64,000 nucleotides of DNA from Lama guanicoe (taxonomy: Eukaryota): NCBI GenBank assembly GCA_013239625.1, contig MU053606.1, positions 186,001 through 250,000 on the forward strand, in the 5' to 3' direction. Below are positions 61,901 to 64,000 of this stretch, piece after piece. Made by a program: the position numbers and the translations under genes. Each line of letters begins with the position of its first letter. The stretch's first letter is position 1. The notes below the pieces were generated by a model. It did not search any database and was not told the origin of the DNA. It saw nothing but the letters and a program-made list of their open reading frames with translations.

Positions 61901-64000
61901 GCTGTTTTCACTGTAAAACATAGTTGAAGCTAGAATCTCACCATATATATGTATGTACTGTACTGTCCAAATGAAAAGAAACTTTTTGCTCCCAACAAGC
62001 TATGGGAAGGTGGATTTCACACACGCAAATCTCTCAGAAGTGAGCATGTGGATAGACATCCTTTCATCTAGCACAAAAGGAATGTGCTTCAGGAGAAAGA
62101 TACTCTGGTTTCTCAGTCTGTTTCCTAGTGCCGGTTTGAAGTTCCTGCAGTTTTCTCTGAAAAACCTAGTTGAAGCTAGTACCTCCCCAATATACATATA
62201 TGTATTTGAGTTTCCAACTGAATAGAAACTTTGTGTAATGAACTAGCTAGGTGAAGTATGCCTTTAACACACAGTTATCTCTTAGAACTGAGCATGCAGA
62301 CAGATAATAATTCATCTAGCACAAAAAGGAAGGTTTGCATGATAAAACACTTCTCTGGCTTCTCAGTCTGTTTCCTATTGCTTCTTTAAAGTTCTTGCAT
62401 TTTCTAATTTAAAACCCGGTTGTTGCTAGTATCTCCACATATAAATGCATGTAGTATAGTTTCCAAATAAAAAGAAAGTTTGTGTTCCCAACAAGTTTGT
62501 TGAAATATTACTTTCACAAACACTTATCTCTCAGAAATGAGAATGTGAGCTGTTCATTGATCTAGCACAAAGGGAATGGTATGCAGGATAAAAACTTACT
62601 ATGGTTTCTCAGTCTGTTTCCCAGTGCCAGGTTGAAGTTCCTGCAGTTTTCACTGTAAAACCGAGTTGGAGCTATTATTTCCCATATATATGTATACAGT
62701 GTAGTTTACAATTGAAAAGAAATTTTGTTTTCCCAACAAGTTAGTTGAAGTTCAGCTTTCACACACACATATCTCTCAGAATTGGGTACGTGGTTAGACT
62801 TTCGTTTATTGAGCACAAATGGAACGGCTTGCAGTAGAAACAATTACTCTGGTTTTTCATTGTTTCCTTGTGCTGGTTTGAAATTCCTGCAGTTTTCACT
62901 ATAAAACCTAGTTGGAGCTAGTACGTTCCCATGTATATGCATGTTGTGTTGTTCCCAACTGAAAAGAATCTTTGTGTTCTCAACAAGCTAGGTGTAAGTA
63001 GGCTTTCACTTTCAATTATCTCTCAGAACTGAGAATGTGCATAGACGTTCACTGATCTAACTCCATGGGAACGGGTTGCAGGGGAAACACATACTCTGGT
63101 TTCCAAGTCTTTTCCAAGGGCCGGTTTGAAGTTCCTACAGTTTTCACTGTAAAACCTAGTTTGAGCTAGATACTTCCCTATATATGTATTAGTGTAGTTT
63201 CCAAATATAAATAAACTTTGTGTTCCCAACAATGTAGGTGTAGGACGGCATTTACACACACCTATCTCTCAGTGCTGAGCATGTGGAAAGACGTTCTTTC
63301 ATCTGACACAAAGGGAAGGCCTTGCAGGAGAAACACTTACTCTGGTTTCTCAGTCTCTTTCTTAGTTCCGGTTTGATGTTCCTGCAGTTTTGACTGAAAA
63401 ACCGAGTTGGATCTATTACCTCTCCAATATACATGTATGTAGTTTAATTTCCAACTTAATAGAAACTTTGTGTAACCAACACGCTTTGTGAACTATGCCT
63501 TTATCCCAACATAATCTCTCAGTACTGAGCATGTGGACAGACGTTCTTTCATATACACAAAGTTAACTGGTTGCAGGAGAAACACTTATTCTGGTTTCCC
63601 AATCTGTTTCCTAATGCCGGTTGAAATTCCTGCATTTATCACTGTAATACCGAGTTGGAGCTGGTACCTCCCCATATAAAAGTATGTAGTGTAGATTCCA
63701 ACTGAAAAGAAACTTTGTTTTCCCAACAACATAAATGAAGGACGGCTTTCATGCACACTAATTTCTCAGATCTGGGTTCGTGGAGAAGCGTTCACTCATC
63801 TAGCACAAAGGGAACTGGTTGCAGGAAAAACAATTACTGTGGTTTCTCATTCTGTTTCGTAGTGCCGGGATGTAGTTCCTGCAGTTTTCCTTCTAAACCT
63901 GATTTGGTGCTAGTACCTCCCCATATATATATTTATGTAGTATAGTTTCCAACTGAAAAGAAACTTTGTGTTCCCAACAAGCTAGGTGAGGGAAGGCGTT
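52909..64000 (-). repeat. ~249-bp satellite, reverse-oriented block (~44 monomers, runs off the window end); probably pericentromeric or heterochromatic
   Basis: Reverse complement of the forward block at first, then related variants with gaagttcctgcag (PstI sites at 57188 and 57437) and aaaagaaactttgtgttcccaacaagctag. Confidence 0.95.

Noticed and set aside
50551..63945. Family of similar 60-164 aa ORFs
   Set aside because: Translations of satellite monomers, broken by stops and frameshifts between units.
50270..64000. CRISPR-like repeat-spacer array or primate alpha satellite
   Set aside because: The whole ~249-bp unit repeats with no unique spacers; the period is not 171 bp and I saw no intact CENP-B box.

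Overview
Mammalian, probably camelid, draft-assembly sequence (two N gaps) that runs from duplicated gene sequence into a satellite array. The camelid call rests on tRNA-Ala-derived vic-1-like SINEs, the absence of recognisable Alu, Bov-tA or PRE1 elements, and a ~249-bp PstI-site satellite. (1) 1 to ~38.5 kb is an intron-containing, damaged copy of three consecutive internal TRAPPC9 exons on the + strand (86-273, 6944-7067, 30698-30911). It carries stops, a frameshift, an intra-exon 67-bp duplication and a lost donor. Its introns hold a two-LTR class I ERV (10332-17440, - strand), solo LTRs, nested L1s, SINEs and DNA-transposon fossils. Tandem duplications of ~2.36 kb and ~537 bp follow the last exon. 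(2) ~38.6-50.3 kb is an apparently unrelated non-coding block with reversed strand skew. (3) ~50.27-64 kb is ~55 copies of a ~249-bp satellite with a degraded edge, an A/B dimer layer, an orientation flip at ~52910, further sequence layers and relic higher-order periodicity. I see no intact protein-coding gene and no firm evidence of a new enzymatic system. The most interesting signal is a TRAPPC9 duplicate next to a layered, inverted satellite. TRAPPC9 and repeat-family comparisons are from my recollection of the sequences, not from searches.
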